Assembly (NCBI GenBank): GCA_965222375.1
Contig: CBDCTZ010000016.1
Coordinates: 32,001-96,000 of the forward strand
DNA from: Polyangiaceae bacterium
GTDB lineage: Bacteria; Myxococcota_A; Polyangia; Polyangiales; Polyangiaceae
DNA length: 64,000 nucleotides
Direction of reading: 5' to 3'
In this document: piece after piece, positions 30,782 to 40,656 of the stretch
How positions within the stretch are numbered: position 1 is the stretch's first letter
Layout of the letters: each line of letters opens with the position of its first letter
Translations under genes and position numbers: made by a program
Notes under the pieces: model-generated
Told to the model about the DNA's origin: nothing
The model's database searches: none
What the model saw: only the letters and a program-made list of their open reading frames with translations

Positions 30782-31029
30782 GGTCTTGCTTTCCAGGTCG
30801 AAGGCTCGAGCTCGCGCGGCCCGGGCCGAGCGCGGCCGAAGCCGCTGCGGTCGTTTGCGGCTCTAGCCGCTTCACTTGCGCCGCCAAGAGCAAGCTGCGT
30901 ACCACCCGAATTCCGCGCGGATCTGGCGTTCCCACTCATCCAAGTTGGGGCGCCGCCGCCACACTCGCCTCCCCCGCCGAGGCACCCACGCCGCAGCGTC
31001 TCGTCTGCCCACCGCGGCACACTGCCACT

Positions 31030-31209
31030 CGTCCCCTGCCCGCCACGATGAGGCAGGAGCTCACGAGCCGCGCGCACAAGCCCGCAACCAATCCCAACCA
31101 GTGTCTCCGCACTTTCCGAGGTCGCGTCCAGCAGAAGGCGCGTAAACGCCGCATCCCACCAAGCTCCTCGCTCGTGAGCGCGTCCGCGCCGCGCTCCATT
31201 GTTCGCCAT
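31030..31209 (-). pseudogene. Possible N-terminal remnant of a SAM methyltransferase
   Basis: WWDAAFTRLLLD..TLVGIGCG resembles motif I; degenerates afterwards. Confidence 0.35.
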
Positions 31210-31492
31210 CCCAGTGCAAGTTACTCTGATGTACGGCTAGCCTTCGGATAGGAGCGCGAATCCGATAGCACAACAAGCGAAGTCGAGGACCAGCCGGACC
31301 CGTTGAGAGTAGCCCCGCCTGCGCGCCCCGAGGCGCCCACTGAAGCGCTCATCCATCCTGCCCCCTCGCCACAGGGCGGGAGCTCGCGGCGTTTTCCCCG
31401 AGGTCGGTGGTGGCCGGTGACGGCGGTGAAAATGCTCTAAGGTCCAGCCCACGCGGAACGCCCGCGCTCCCTTGAAGCCAACGAAGTAGACC

Positions 31493-31913
31493 ATGACGAA
31501 CTTATTCATGACGAAAGCAACTCTCGTATTGGCAGCGCCCGTCGCCCTCGCGGTTGGCTGCGGCAGCGGCCTCGGGAGGGGCGAGTCCAAAGCAGTGGCG
31601 ACCGTGCCCGCCGCCTACCCGGCAAGAGCAGTCGAACATGCCTTCAGCGCAGCGAACTCCACGCTGGAATTCGTTGAACGTCACCAAGAACATTTCTCTC
31701 CCGGCAACGATCAAGACTCAGAACGGCAGTATCAAGGTCGCTGCGGAGTTCGCGATCAATCGCCAGGACTTCGGTATCAAGTACCCCGGAAGGCTCGACG
31801 ACCTGATCGAGGACGATGTGGCGATCAAGCTCCGCATCGCCGCGAACGAGCCCCTCCAATACACCGCGACACCCTTGGCACATCAGCCCCAACCGGAAAC
31901 GCGAGCCCGATAG
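31493..31913 (+). pseudogene. YceI-family lipoprotein with internal deletion and frameshift
   Basis: LAVGC..FSAANSTLEFV joined out of frame to VTKNISLPATI..EFAINRQDFGIKYPG..DDVAIKL. Confidence 0.7.
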
Positions 31914-32050
31914 AAGGAGATGTGTCCGAAACCTGATTCGTTGTCGGTGAATGCAGCAAAAACGCTGCCAGCCGCCCACGTCAACCCGACGCAGTCGCCC
32001 AGCCACGTAGGGCTACCCGAGCGGGGCTGAAGGCGATCGGCTCTTTCACT
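31883..32050 (-). pseudogene. C-terminal remnant of a sialidase-like/beta-propeller protein
   Basis: WLGDCVGLTW..VFAAFTDN. Confidence 0.35.
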
Positions 32051-32175
32051 GCGCCCGTTTGCAGCGAAGTCCTTGCCGTTTGCCGCGCGAACATGGCCAC
32101 GGTTTCTTGAATCCGAGCCCCAGCTTGCCATCCGCGCGCCGCTCGAGGCGGTCTTGGGCCACGGATGGTCGCGTG

Positions 32176-32235
32176 ATGTATACACAAAGTCGCTCGACGC
32201 GGCGGCGGTCGCGGCCGTGGACGCGTTGGGCTGCG
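32176..32235 (+). repeat. 60-bp repeat copy A (integrase C-terminus-like remnant)
   Basis: 52/60 identical to 35481-35540; frame reads VLGHGWSRDVYTKSLDAAAVAAVDALG. Confidence 0.8.
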
Positions 32236-32327
32236 TGGCGCCCGCTCGCCAGCGCAATAAAGGGACGGGCCAGAGCGACAGCGCGGCGACTGGCAGGCGC
32301 TTTGCCATCGACTTATGTTTCACCGAG

Positions 32328-32780
32328 ATGAGCTTGCGTACGATCGGACTCGGCTTGATGAAAGGCGCTGGTCTGGGCGTCGCGACTGTCGTGGGCTTCG
32401 TCGTGCTCATGTGTTCGTTTCCGGTGATTGGATCAGTGACGACACCTGGCATACCGGTCGGCCGGGCACTCAGCGAAATCGTCCCCTTGCTGCCATCACT
32501 GTTGCCGGTCGGCTTGGGGTTCGGCGTGATCCTCGGTGGCTTGGCCGCCGTGGCCGGCCGGGTTCGGGTGCCGCTGATGACGACGGTGGCGACGCTCGGC
32601 TACCTGTTCGCCGTCTGGATCGGCCTCGGTGCGCTATCAACCACTCCGCCGCCGGCCGCGCTGCGCGGCGTGCTGACCCTGTTCGGCGCCGTCGCCTTCG
32701 CTCCGTTCGCCGGCCCGTTACTGTTCCTGGGCGTCTTCCTGCTCAGCCGCTGGGTCAAGCCGCTCGGTTCTGAAGGTTGA
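32328..32780 (+). CDS. Small 4-TM membrane protein
   Basis: Four hydrophobic segments from ATG 32328. Confidence 0.65.
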   Translation: MSLRTIGLGLMKGAGLGVATVVGFVVLMCSFPVIGSVTTPGIPVGRALSEIVPLLPSLLPVGLGFGVILGGLAAVAGRVRVPLMTTVATLGYLFAVWIGLGALSTTPPPAALRGVLTLFGAVAFAPFAGPLLFLGVFLLSRWVKPLGSEG

Positions 32781-32977
32781 AATCCGAGCTCGACGAAGCC
32801 ACACCCCACTGTCGGCAATCAGCTTGACCTACACCGACATCACGCAGTTGCTCGCAGAGCACGTGCCGGGCCCGAGGGCGCGCCTCCGGCGCGACGCTCA
32901 CTTCGGGTGCCCGAGCAGTCAAGCTTGGGGTTCCGGGAGGTGTGAGGAGCAACCGAGTCGGGTCCGCCGGGCGGAGG

Positions 32978-34033
32978 TCAGCGGGGGGCATCAAGCGAAT
33001 GAGCGAACTCCGCGATGCGTTTGAGGGCTTGCGGATCGTGCAGGAGAAAGTAGTGCCCGCCTTTGAACCACTCGATTGAAACCTGCGCCCCGCGGCGCTT
33101 GAGCTGAGCCTGCTTACCCGCAGCTGTAGCTGCGGAGACCATGCGGTCGGTGCGACTGTTGAGCATGAGGATGGGCGTGTTGGTTGGGATTCGGCGGGCA
33201 CTTCCGAGGGGATGCCCCGCAATGCTCACGAACGCGGCGAACGACGGTGGGGCGCTGTTCATCACTTGAAAGCCTCCCATGGCTCCGTCGGATAGGCCAA
33301 CGAGGACGAATGTCGGAGCGCGCAACTTGCTGAACTTGAGAAACGCGCTCCGAGACTCAGCGAGGTACGTGAGGTTTGGCCTCCTCCATGACACACCATG
33401 GCTGGGGGAGACGATCCAGACGTCAGGCAGGGCTCGCGCCAGCAACCAGGCGTACAGTTTACCGTTACCGCCATAACCGTGGAGAAACCAGATCACCTTT
33501 GGACGATGGGCTTGTAGTGCTGACTTGCCTCGTGGCGGAACGATGAGCATCATCGGCGTCCGGCTTTCGAACGCCGATGCCATTGGACTGTCGAGATCTT
33601 TCCAAACCCCGTCTCGTTCCAGCTCACGGTATCCATCGACGAGCGCATCGATGGTCGCCTGGCGCCGACTCTTCGGTAGCTTCAAGAGGCTGGGGGCTGC
33701 GTTGAGGATGCTGACGACCGTTGCACCCTCGCCTCGAGAGTCCAGCGACGATAGCGCTGCGGCAGTACCTAAGCGTTCAACGGCGTTCTTGGGTTGGTAG
33801 ATGGGGAGTCTTTGGCGGGTCGACACGGGCAAGCTGACGGGTCGGCGCTTACTTGGAACGGCTCGCGCATGCCGCCCCTTTGTCACAACGCTCGGTTTCG
33901 GCGGCGGTTTGGTGGTGGCACCTGCACCCTGTGAGGCGCCCGCCGTACCGGTCGCGGGCTGGGTAGACGCCAATTCCTCGCTCCGATTGCAGGCAACCAG
34001 AGGGAGCGCAGCAGCGATCAAGAGAAGTCGCAT
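32978..34033 (-). CDS. Alpha/beta-hydrolase lipoprotein
   Basis: LVAC lipobox, FLHGYGG, GLSDG nucleophile elbow, D..GGH. Confidence 0.8.
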   Translation of the reverse strand: MRLLLIAAALPLVACNRSEELASTQPATGTAGASQGAGATTKPPPKPSVVTKGRHARAVPSKRRPVSLPVSTRQRLPIYQPKNAVERLGTAAALSSLDSRGEGATVVSILNAAPSLLKLPKSRRQATIDALVDGYRELERDGVWKDLDSPMASAFESRTPMMLIVPPRGKSALQAHRPKVIWFLHGYGGNGKLYAWLLARALPDVWIVSPSHGVSWRRPNLTYLAESRSAFLKFSKLRAPTFVLVGLSDGAMGGFQVMNSAPPSFAAFVSIAGHPLGSARRIPTNTPILMLNSRTDRMVSAATAAGKQAQLKRRGAQVSIEWFKGGHYFLLHDPQALKRIAEFAHSLDAPR

Positions 34034-34341
34034 GCGGAAAGCGTCGAGGTAACCACAATCGGTGCGCAGACCGCTACAGGACCCCAGCGCTCGGGTCCAG
34101 GTCCAGGCGACGACACCGTTTCGAGGGCGTAACCAATATCGAATCACGGACGGGCGATCAGGTCAGCGTACAGAACTACCGCTCGGTGTCGCTGGGTCCA
34201 GAACGCCCCACTGCGCCGACGCTCTGTGGCTCCGGCGCCGCGGAACATAGATGCGCCACAGCTCCCCCCGGCAGCATTCCGACCCGAAGGGACAGGTGGC
34301 ATGCACCTTGCTCTGACCGCGCCCGTCTACGGGAGTACCCA

Positions 34342-35457
34342 ATGATCCGATATGTCACATCTGCAACACTCCTGCTCTGCATTGGGGCTGCATGCACGGA
34401 CGCCAATACTGATGATGTGAGCCCGGACGCGAGTGGCGCCGGGGGCAATGCCGCAGGCACCGGCGGCTTCTTTGCGGGCACTGGCGGAAGGGTCGACGGT
34501 GGCGTGTGGGACGGAGCGGGTGATGCGGCGACGGACGCTGGGGACAAGAACGACGGTGCGGCGGGCTGCGAGAGCCAATGCACAACAACCCAAGTGTGCC
34601 AGAACGGTACGTGTGTGGAGCTTCCGCCAGCGTGTCCCTGTCCTCTCGAGTCCTACTGCGACCTCTCTACGGGCACCTGCGTGAAAGGATGCTACCAACA
34701 CAGCCAGTGTGACTCAGCGCGATACTGCGACGTGGATCTCCGAGTGTGCAAACCCGGCTGTCGCGACGCTTCCGAGTGCGCAAAACCGGAGCACGGAAGT
34801 GTCACTTGCAGCGCGGGCACCTGCACCGCGAGCTGCGACCCTGGGTTTCATATGTGTGGCGAGATCTGCAAGAGTGACACCGCGATCGACGCATGCGGCG
34901 CTTCCTGTATGGCGTGTCCGGCTATCGCCAACGCCGTAGCGCTTTGTCAGGCTGGCCAGTGCGGGTTTTCCTGCGCTACCGGGTTTGAGGACTGCAACGG
35001 CAAAGCCGGGGACGGTTGTGAGGCGCCGCTCGTGAAGTGTTATCGCGACCAAGATGGGGATGGGTACGTAGTGAGCGCAACTCCGAAGCTTGCATGTTCG
35101 TGTGGGGTCGGGTGGACCACGAAATTGTCTTCCGAACTTGACTGCGACGATTCGGACAACCGTGTCTTTCCTGGCCAAACTGACTTTTTCACCACAGCCA
35201 GCGCATCGGGTGGGTTTGATTTCAACTGCGACGGCAAGGCAGAGCTCAAGCTCGCGGTCACGTCGCAAGCTTGCTACAAGTTCGGTTCGACCTGCAAATG
35301 GACCGAAGGCTGGGCATACTACGCTGGTTACGCATGGTATGTGCCGCCGTGTGGAAAGAAAGGCAGTGTCGTCCCCTGCGTCTACGAGACGGGTCCGTGG
35401 GCAGGCTGCGACGGTGCCTACTCCGGCGGCAAGACCCGAATTCAGGCCTGCCGATGA
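34342..35457 (+). CDS. Cys-rich lipoprotein with DxDGDG / DCDD metal-binding-like motifs
   Basis: GAAC lipobox; DCNGKAGDGCE, YRDQDGDGY, DCDDSDNRVFPG, DFNCDG. Confidence 0.85.
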   Translation: MIRYVTSATLLLCIGAACTDANTDDVSPDASGAGGNAAGTGGFFAGTGGRVDGGVWDGAGDAATDAGDKNDGAAGCESQCTTTQVCQNGTCVELPPACPCPLESYCDLSTGTCVKGCYQHSQCDSARYCDVDLRVCKPGCRDASECAKPEHGSVTCSAGTCTASCDPGFHMCGEICKSDTAIDACGASCMACPAIANAVALCQAGQCGFSCATGFEDCNGKAGDGCEAPLVKCYRDQDGDGYVVSATPKLACSCGVGWTTKLSSELDCDDSDNRVFPGQTDFFTTASASGGFDFNCDGKAELKLAVTSQACYKFGSTCKWTEGWAYYAGYAWYVPPCGKKGSVVPCVYETGPWAGCDGAYSGGKTRIQACR

Positions 35458-35480
35458 ACGGACGGACGTCGGCGAACGGT

Positions 35481-35540
35481 ATGTACATACAAAGTCGCTC
35501 GATGCGGCGGCGTTCGCGGCCGTTGACGCTTTGGACTACG
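35481..35540 (+). repeat. 60-bp repeat copy B, adjacent to the right att-like repeat
   Basis: Reads RYVHTKSLDAAAFAAVDALDYG. Confidence 0.8.
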
Positions 35541-35557
35541 GGGATAAGGTCGTGGGC

Positions 35558-35646
35558 GGCCCAGCCCCCAAGAAGATGTGCACGGCCGAGGTGATGCGGG
35601 ACGGAATCAAGGTCTTCATCGACGTGCCCTGCAAACCTTGATCGCA
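35558..35646 (+). repeat. 89-bp direct repeat, right copy (attR-like)
   Basis: Encodes GPAPKKMCTAEVMRDGIKVFIDVPCKP*, duplicating the kinase C-terminus. Confidence 0.95.
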
Positions 35647-35720
35647 GCGCTTGACGCTATCGGTGCTCCGCGGCTACCTAGGCGCCTCGTTCGACAAGCC
35701 CGGTCGGCGGAGGCGAGGGG

Positions 35721-37691
35721 ATGCGCGAAAACTGGAAAAGCCGATGGGGACTGATTCTGGCGGCGGCAGGCAACGCCGTCGGCATCGGCAACCTGTTGCG
35801 CTTTCCCGGCCAAGCCGCGCAGAACGGCGGGGGCGCCTTCATGGTGCCCTACCTCATTTCGCTGCTGATCTTCGGCCTGCCGATGATGTGGATCGCTTGG
35901 ACCCTCGGCCGCTTCGGCTCACGGCATGGTCACGGCACGCTGCCGGGCATCTTCGACAAGCTGAGCTCCTGGCGCGGCGCCAAGTACCTGGGCGCTTTGG
36001 GCGTGGCCGGCCCGCTGATCTTCTGCTTCTACTACACGTACCTCGAAGCCTGGTGTTTCGCTTACGCCTGGTTTTCGTTCCGCGGGCTGTACGAGTCGGC
36101 TCACCTGCCGACCTTCTTGAGTGAGTTCCAGGGCGTGCTGCCTACAGGCAGCTACTTCTCGTCGACGAACACGGCCTTGGCCTTCCTGGTGGTCACCATC
36201 GGGTTGAACGTGTGGGTGCTGTATCGAGGCGTCGCTCGAGGCATCGAGCTGCTGGCCAAGATCGCGATGCCGCTGCTGCTCGCGTTCTGCGTGTTGATGT
36301 GTTGGCGCATCTTCACGCTGCCCGACGCCAAGGGGAGCGTGATCGATGGCTTGGCTTTCATGTGGAATCCGAATTTCTCGGCGTTGGGCAGCCCCAGCGT
36401 GTGGTTGGCGGCCGCGGGGCAGGTCTTTTTCACCCTGAGCATCGGCTTCGGCGCGTTGGAAACCTACGCCAGCTACCTGCGTCACAACGACGACGTCGCG
36501 GTCACCGGGTTGACCACGGCCGGCGCGAACGAGTTCGTCGAGATCATCTTCGGCAGCATGATCGCCATCCCCGCCGCAGCGGTGTTTTTCGGCGCTGCCG
36601 CCATTCCCGAGATCGCGTCCAGCGGGACCTTCGACATCGGCATGGTCAGCATGCCCGAGATCCTACGAGCCACCCAGTCCACCCAGATCTTCGGGACGAT
36701 CTGGTTCCTGCTGCTGTTCTTCGCTGCCTTCACTTCCTCGGTCGCGGTCTGCCAACCCGTGATGGCATTCTTGCAAGATGAAGCTGGCCTGCGCCGAGGT
36801 TCAGCGGCCGCGGTGATCGGCTTGTTCTGGCTGCTGGGCAGCATCCCGGTCGTGTTCTTCCTGCGCTACGGGTTCCTGGACGAGTTGGATTTCTGGGCGG
36901 GAACCCTCGGCCTCGTGCTGGTGAGCGCGATCGAAGTCGTGTTCTTCTCTTGGGTCTTCGGCATCGACCGCGGTTGGAAGGAGCTACACCGTGGCGCGCT
37001 GATGAAGGTGCCGCGCATCTTCCGCTTCACGATGCAGTATGTGACTCCCGTGGCCCTGGCGCTGATCCTCGGCGGCTGGGTGTATGGCGACGTGATCGTC
37101 GGCGGAAAACTGAATCCAAGGCCTGGCATGGTCACGGGCATCGTCGACCGCGGCGCTTTCGAGGGCGATTTCGTCAAGAAGCCGCCGAAGGGCGAGGGTG
37201 CCGACGCCAAGGAGCACGGTCTGTTGAAGCAGAGCCTGCTCGGCGCCGTCGAAGTGGCAGGCCGGGATCTGAAGGGTTGGGCGTACCTGGAGATCGACGC
37301 GGGCGGCGGGGTCGTCGTCTCTCGCTTCGAGGGAGACCCAACGCTGACGTCGGCGTTTCCAAAGAAGACCCTGCAGCGAATGCTGGAGCTGGAGGGGTAC
37401 CACTACGCTGTCGACGGGACGAAGACCGCGACTCAGGCCACGTTGCTGATCGAAGGCCTCAATCGGAAGCCGTATATTTGGTTGGCCCGAGGCCTGATGC
37501 TCGGCCTAATCGCGATGATCTGCGTGATGATTGGAGTCATCTGGAAGCACCGCCGCGAGCGCGAAGAAGAGGAAGAAGTGAGTGAGGCAGCCGGGGCCAC
37601 TACTGCAACAGCAGAGGGCGACTCGGAGGAAGCCGACGAGGCGGAGGCCGCCGCTCCAAAGACGAAAGTGACCGAGGAGGAGGAATCATGA
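35721..37691 (+). CDS. Sodium-dependent transporter, NSS/SNF family
   Basis: AGNAVGIGNLLRFP, NGGGAFMVPY, AAGQVFFTLSIGFG, YASY. Confidence 0.95.
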   Translation: MRENWKSRWGLILAAAGNAVGIGNLLRFPGQAAQNGGGAFMVPYLISLLIFGLPMMWIAWTLGRFGSRHGHGTLPGIFDKLSSWRGAKYLGALGVAGPLIFCFYYTYLEAWCFAYAWFSFRGLYESAHLPTFLSEFQGVLPTGSYFSSTNTALAFLVVTIGLNVWVLYRGVARGIELLAKIAMPLLLAFCVLMCWRIFTLPDAKGSVIDGLAFMWNPNFSALGSPSVWLAAAGQVFFTLSIGFGALETYASYLRHNDDVAVTGLTTAGANEFVEIIFGSMIAIPAAAVFFGAAAIPEIASSGTFDIGMVSMPEILRATQSTQIFGTIWFLLLFFAAFTSSVAVCQPVMAFLQDEAGLRRGSAAAVIGLFWLLGSIPVVFFLRYGFLDELDFWAGTLGLVLVSAIEVVFFSWVFGIDRGWKELHRGALMKVPRIFRFTMQYVTPVALALILGGWVYGDVIVGGKLNPRPGMVTGIVDRGAFEGDFVKKPPKGEGADAKEHGLLKQSLLGAVEVAGRDLKGWAYLEIDAGGGVVVSRFEGDPTLTSAFPKKTLQRMLELEGYHYAVDGTKTATQATLLIEGLNRKPYIWLARGLMLGLIAMICVMIGVIWKHRREREEEEEVSEAAGATTATAEGDSEEADEAEAAAPKTKVTEEEES

Positions 37692-37780
37692 CCACGGGTG
37701 GATGGATCTTCATGCTCGGCACTTGGAGCGTCGTACTGGCGGTGAACGTGTTCTGCATCAGACGCCTAATCAAGCGCTGA
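37688..37780 (+). CDS. 30-aa single-TM peptide, MetS-like small subunit candidate
   Basis: MTTGGWIFMLGTWSVVLAVNVFCIRRLIKR; GAGGAGG RBS; ATGA overlap with the NSS gene. Confidence 0.7.
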   Translation: MTTGGWIFMLGTWSVVLAVNVFCIRRLIKR

Positions 37781-37786
37781 GAGCCA

Positions 37787-39460
37787 GTGCTGAAGAAGCT
37801 TCGCGACAACCCAAGCCTGGTCGGGGCCGCGGCCTTTGCCATCGTCGCGGTGATCTTCCTACCTCGCCTGCCGAAGGTGACGCTGGAGTCGGGCTTCGTC
37901 GCGGGGGCACCCGCTCTGGTGCCCCCGGTGATCGCCATCTGTATGGCTCTCGCCACCCGCCGGCTACTGATCTCACTGGCTAGCGCCGTGGTCGTTGGCG
38001 CTCTGCTGCGCCACGGCGTGGGACAATTCCTGCAGGCGGGCTTTTCGGCCTACGTCGTCGACAACGTCGTCGACTCGGCCCATCTGTACATCATCGGCTT
38101 CACCTTGGCGCTGCTGGGCATGGTGCAGGCGACGGCACGCTCCGGCGGCGCCCAGGGCATCGTCGACGCCGTCGCCCGTCGAGCCAAAACCCGACGCGGC
38201 GCCCAAGTCAGCACCTGGGGCATGGGGCTACTGGTCTTTTTCGACGACTACGCAAACTGCATGTTGGTGGGTCCGACCATGCGGCCCCTCACGGACAAGC
38301 TGCGCATCTCCCGGGAGAAGCTGGCCTACCTCATCGACTCGACTGCGGCGCCGGTTGCCGGGATCGTGATCATCTCGACCTGGGTCGGCTACGAAACGGG
38401 GCTCCTCGACGATGTGAGCAAGTCCCTGGGGCTCCCCTTGAGCGGCTACGCGCTGCTTCTGGCTGGTCTGCCCCTGCGCTTCTATTGCGTGTTGATGCTG
38501 TTCTTCGTCCTACTCTCCGCGTGGTCTGGCCGTGACTTCGGCCCCATGTTGCGGGCGGAGCGCCGCGCATTGACCGAGGGCAAACTCCTGCGCGACGGCG
38601 CAAAGCCCATGGGAGGCAACGTCGAGGCCGAGACCGCCGACAGGCCCAAGGGTCGATGGTCCAACGCCGCCGCGCCGGTAGCGCTGGTCGTGCTGGGAAC
38701 CCTGGGTGGTTTGGTGATCGATGGCGGCGGCGCCACGACCCTCGCAGCGCAACCCTGGAACGCCTTCGGTGTCGCCTTCTGGCGGGACACCCTGGGCGCT
38801 AGCGAGAACAACACGCAGGTTCTGTTCATCGCGGCGTTGGCCGGCGCAGCTTGCGCGGTGTTGTTGCCCGCCGTGCGCCGAGACCTGGCGCTGCCCAAGG
38901 GCTTGCGAGCCTTCGCCCGAGGAGTGAAGTCCGGCCTATACGCCGTCTTGGTGTTGCTCTTGGCCTGGGCCTTGGCGCAGGTCTGCAAAGATCTCGGCAC
39001 GGGCCCTGTGGTGATCGCTGCCGTCGGCAAGTCCCTGCCCGCCGTGGCTGTGCCCGCCGTCACCTTCTTGGGGGCAGCCGCGGTGGCGTTTTCCACGGGC
39101 ACCTCCTGGGGCACCATGGCGATCTTGATCCCCACCGCCATCCCCATTGCTCACCAACTCGGCGGCATGCCCCTATTGGTGCTCACCGTAGCAAGTGTGC
39201 TGGACGGAGCGATCTTCGGAGATCACTGTTCTCCCATCAGCGACACCACCCTCATGTCGAGCATCGCCGCCGGCGCGGATCACCTCGACCACGTCGGCAC
39301 CCAATTGCCCTACGCCTTCGTGGTGATGTGCATCGCCGTCTTGGGCGGCTACTTGCCGGTGGCCATGGGCGCGCCGGCGTGGCTGTCCTACCTGGGCTGC
39401 CTAGTGGTTGCCGCCGGATTCCTGTTCAGCGTTGGCCGTCGAGCCGAGGCAACACCGTGA
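37787..39460 (+). CDS. NhaC-family Na+/H+ antiporter-like transporter
   Basis: FFDDYAN, ISREKLAYLIDSTAAP, FSTGTSWGT, GAIFGDHCSPISDTT. Confidence 0.92.
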   Translation: MLKKLRDNPSLVGAAAFAIVAVIFLPRLPKVTLESGFVAGAPALVPPVIAICMALATRRLLISLASAVVVGALLRHGVGQFLQAGFSAYVVDNVVDSAHLYIIGFTLALLGMVQATARSGGAQGIVDAVARRAKTRRGAQVSTWGMGLLVFFDDYANCMLVGPTMRPLTDKLRISREKLAYLIDSTAAPVAGIVIISTWVGYETGLLDDVSKSLGLPLSGYALLLAGLPLRFYCVLMLFFVLLSAWSGRDFGPMLRAERRALTEGKLLRDGAKPMGGNVEAETADRPKGRWSNAAAPVALVVLGTLGGLVIDGGGATTLAAQPWNAFGVAFWRDTLGASENNTQVLFIAALAGAACAVLLPAVRRDLALPKGLRAFARGVKSGLYAVLVLLLAWALAQVCKDLGTGPVVIAAVGKSLPAVAVPAVTFLGAAAVAFSTGTSWGTMAILIPTAIPIAHQLGGMPLLVLTVASVLDGAIFGDHCSPISDTTLMSSIAAGADHLDHVGTQLPYAFVVMCIAVLGGYLPVAMGAPAWLSYLGCLVVAAGFLFSVGRRAEATP

Positions 39461-40656
39461 CTGTTCGGCCGGGACAACGCTTCACCTTCAAGGGCAACGT
39501 CGCCCAGTCGCGCCACGGCTGGCTGCGCTTGACCCCTGCGTACTCGGTTCATCTGGTGAGGGAACTCTTGGACAAACACGCGGAGCCCGGACGCGCGGTG
39601 CTCGATCCCTTTTGCGGAACCGGCACCACCCTGCTGGCCTGCGCCGAGGCTGGGCTCGACTGCGTCACCGTCGATGTGAACCCGTTCCTGATCTGGCTCG
39701 CCAAGACCAAGACGACCAACTTCGGCGCCAAGGCCCTCGGCGAAGGCGCCGCCTTGGTCAAGAGCATGCGCCGAGCCGCCGAGCGCCCACCCAAGCGCCG
39801 GCGCTGGACCCCCGCGCTGCACAAGATCGAGCGCTGGTGGGACCCCGCGACTCTCGACGCCCTGGCCGCTGCGTTTCACAAGCTGCGCACCAGCGACGCT
39901 TCACCCCGAGCCAAGGACTTGGCGCGGCTGGCGTTCTGTCGCGCCCTGATCCGGAGCTCCAAGGCGAGCTTCGGTCATCAATCCATGTCCTTCAAAACCG
40001 AAGCCGCTGCCGGACCCAGCGTTTCGCAGCAGCTTGCGACGGCCTTTGAACTCGTCGACGCAGCTTGCGCTCCAGCCTTGCGCCGCTCCAAGCGCCACGC
40101 ACGCCTGGGCGACGCCCGAGAGCTACACGCCGTGAAAAGCGATCTACGCGTCGGTACGTTGATCACCTCGCCGCCCTACGCCAATCGCATGAGCTACGTG
40201 CGCGAGCTGCGTCCCTACATGTATTGGCTCGGACACCTCCAGGACGGGCGCCAGGCCGGCGAGCTCGACTGGCGCGCCATTGGCGGCACTTGGGGCATTG
40301 CCACCAGTCGCCTCGCCCATTGGCGCCCTTCCGAGCGCCGCATGCCACGCAAGCTCAGCCGCTCCATCAAAGTGATTCGAGAGCAGAGCGCCTTGCTGGG
40401 CAACTACGTCGATCGCTACTTCGAGGACATGGACCGCCACGTCCGAAGCGCTTTTCAGCGCGTCGATCACGGCGGCACCGTGCACTACATCGTCGGCAAC
40501 TCGAAGTTCTTCGACGAGGTCGTTCCCGTCGAAGAACTTGTCGCTAAGCAGCTCGAAGCCGCAGGTTTTCGCCGCGCATCCGTGACTCGCCTTCGCAAAC
40601 GCACCAGCAAACGCGAACTCTACGAATACCTGGTCAGCGCAGAAAAACCCCGCTGA
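39457..40656 (+). CDS. Amino (N4-C/N6-A) DNA methyltransferase, orphan
   Basis: VLDPFCGTGTT then ITSPPY; GTG 39457. Confidence 0.88.
   Translation: MTVRPGQRFTFKGNVAQSRHGWLRLTPAYSVHLVRELLDKHAEPGRAVLDPFCGTGTTLLACAEAGLDCVTVDVNPFLIWLAKTKTTNFGAKALGEGAALVKSMRRAAERPPKRRRWTPALHKIERWWDPATLDALAAAFHKLRTSDASPRAKDLARLAFCRALIRSSKASFGHQSMSFKTEAAAGPSVSQQLATAFELVDAACAPALRRSKRHARLGDARELHAVKSDLRVGTLITSPPYANRMSYVRELRPYMYWLGHLQDGRQAGELDWRAIGGTWGIATSRLAHWRPSERRMPRKLSRSIKVIREQSALLGNYVDRYFEDMDRHVRSAFQRVDHGGTVHYIVGNSKFFDEVVPVEELVAKQLEAAGFRRASVTRLRKRTSKRELYEYLVSAEKPR

Larger units (their letters stand above)
22040..35646. mobile_element. Putative degraded genomic island integrated in the kinase gene 3' end
   Basis: Flanking 89-bp direct repeats, mixed-orientation accessory genes, many fragments, integrase-tail-like remnants; no intact integrase. 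Confidence 0.7.

Noticed and set aside
31237..31590. 117-aa minus-strand ORF
   Set aside because: Overlaps the YceI remnant and has no recognisable motif
22129..35557. Integron cassette array or prophage
   Set aside because: No intI, no regular attC-like sites, mixed orientations, no phage structural genes
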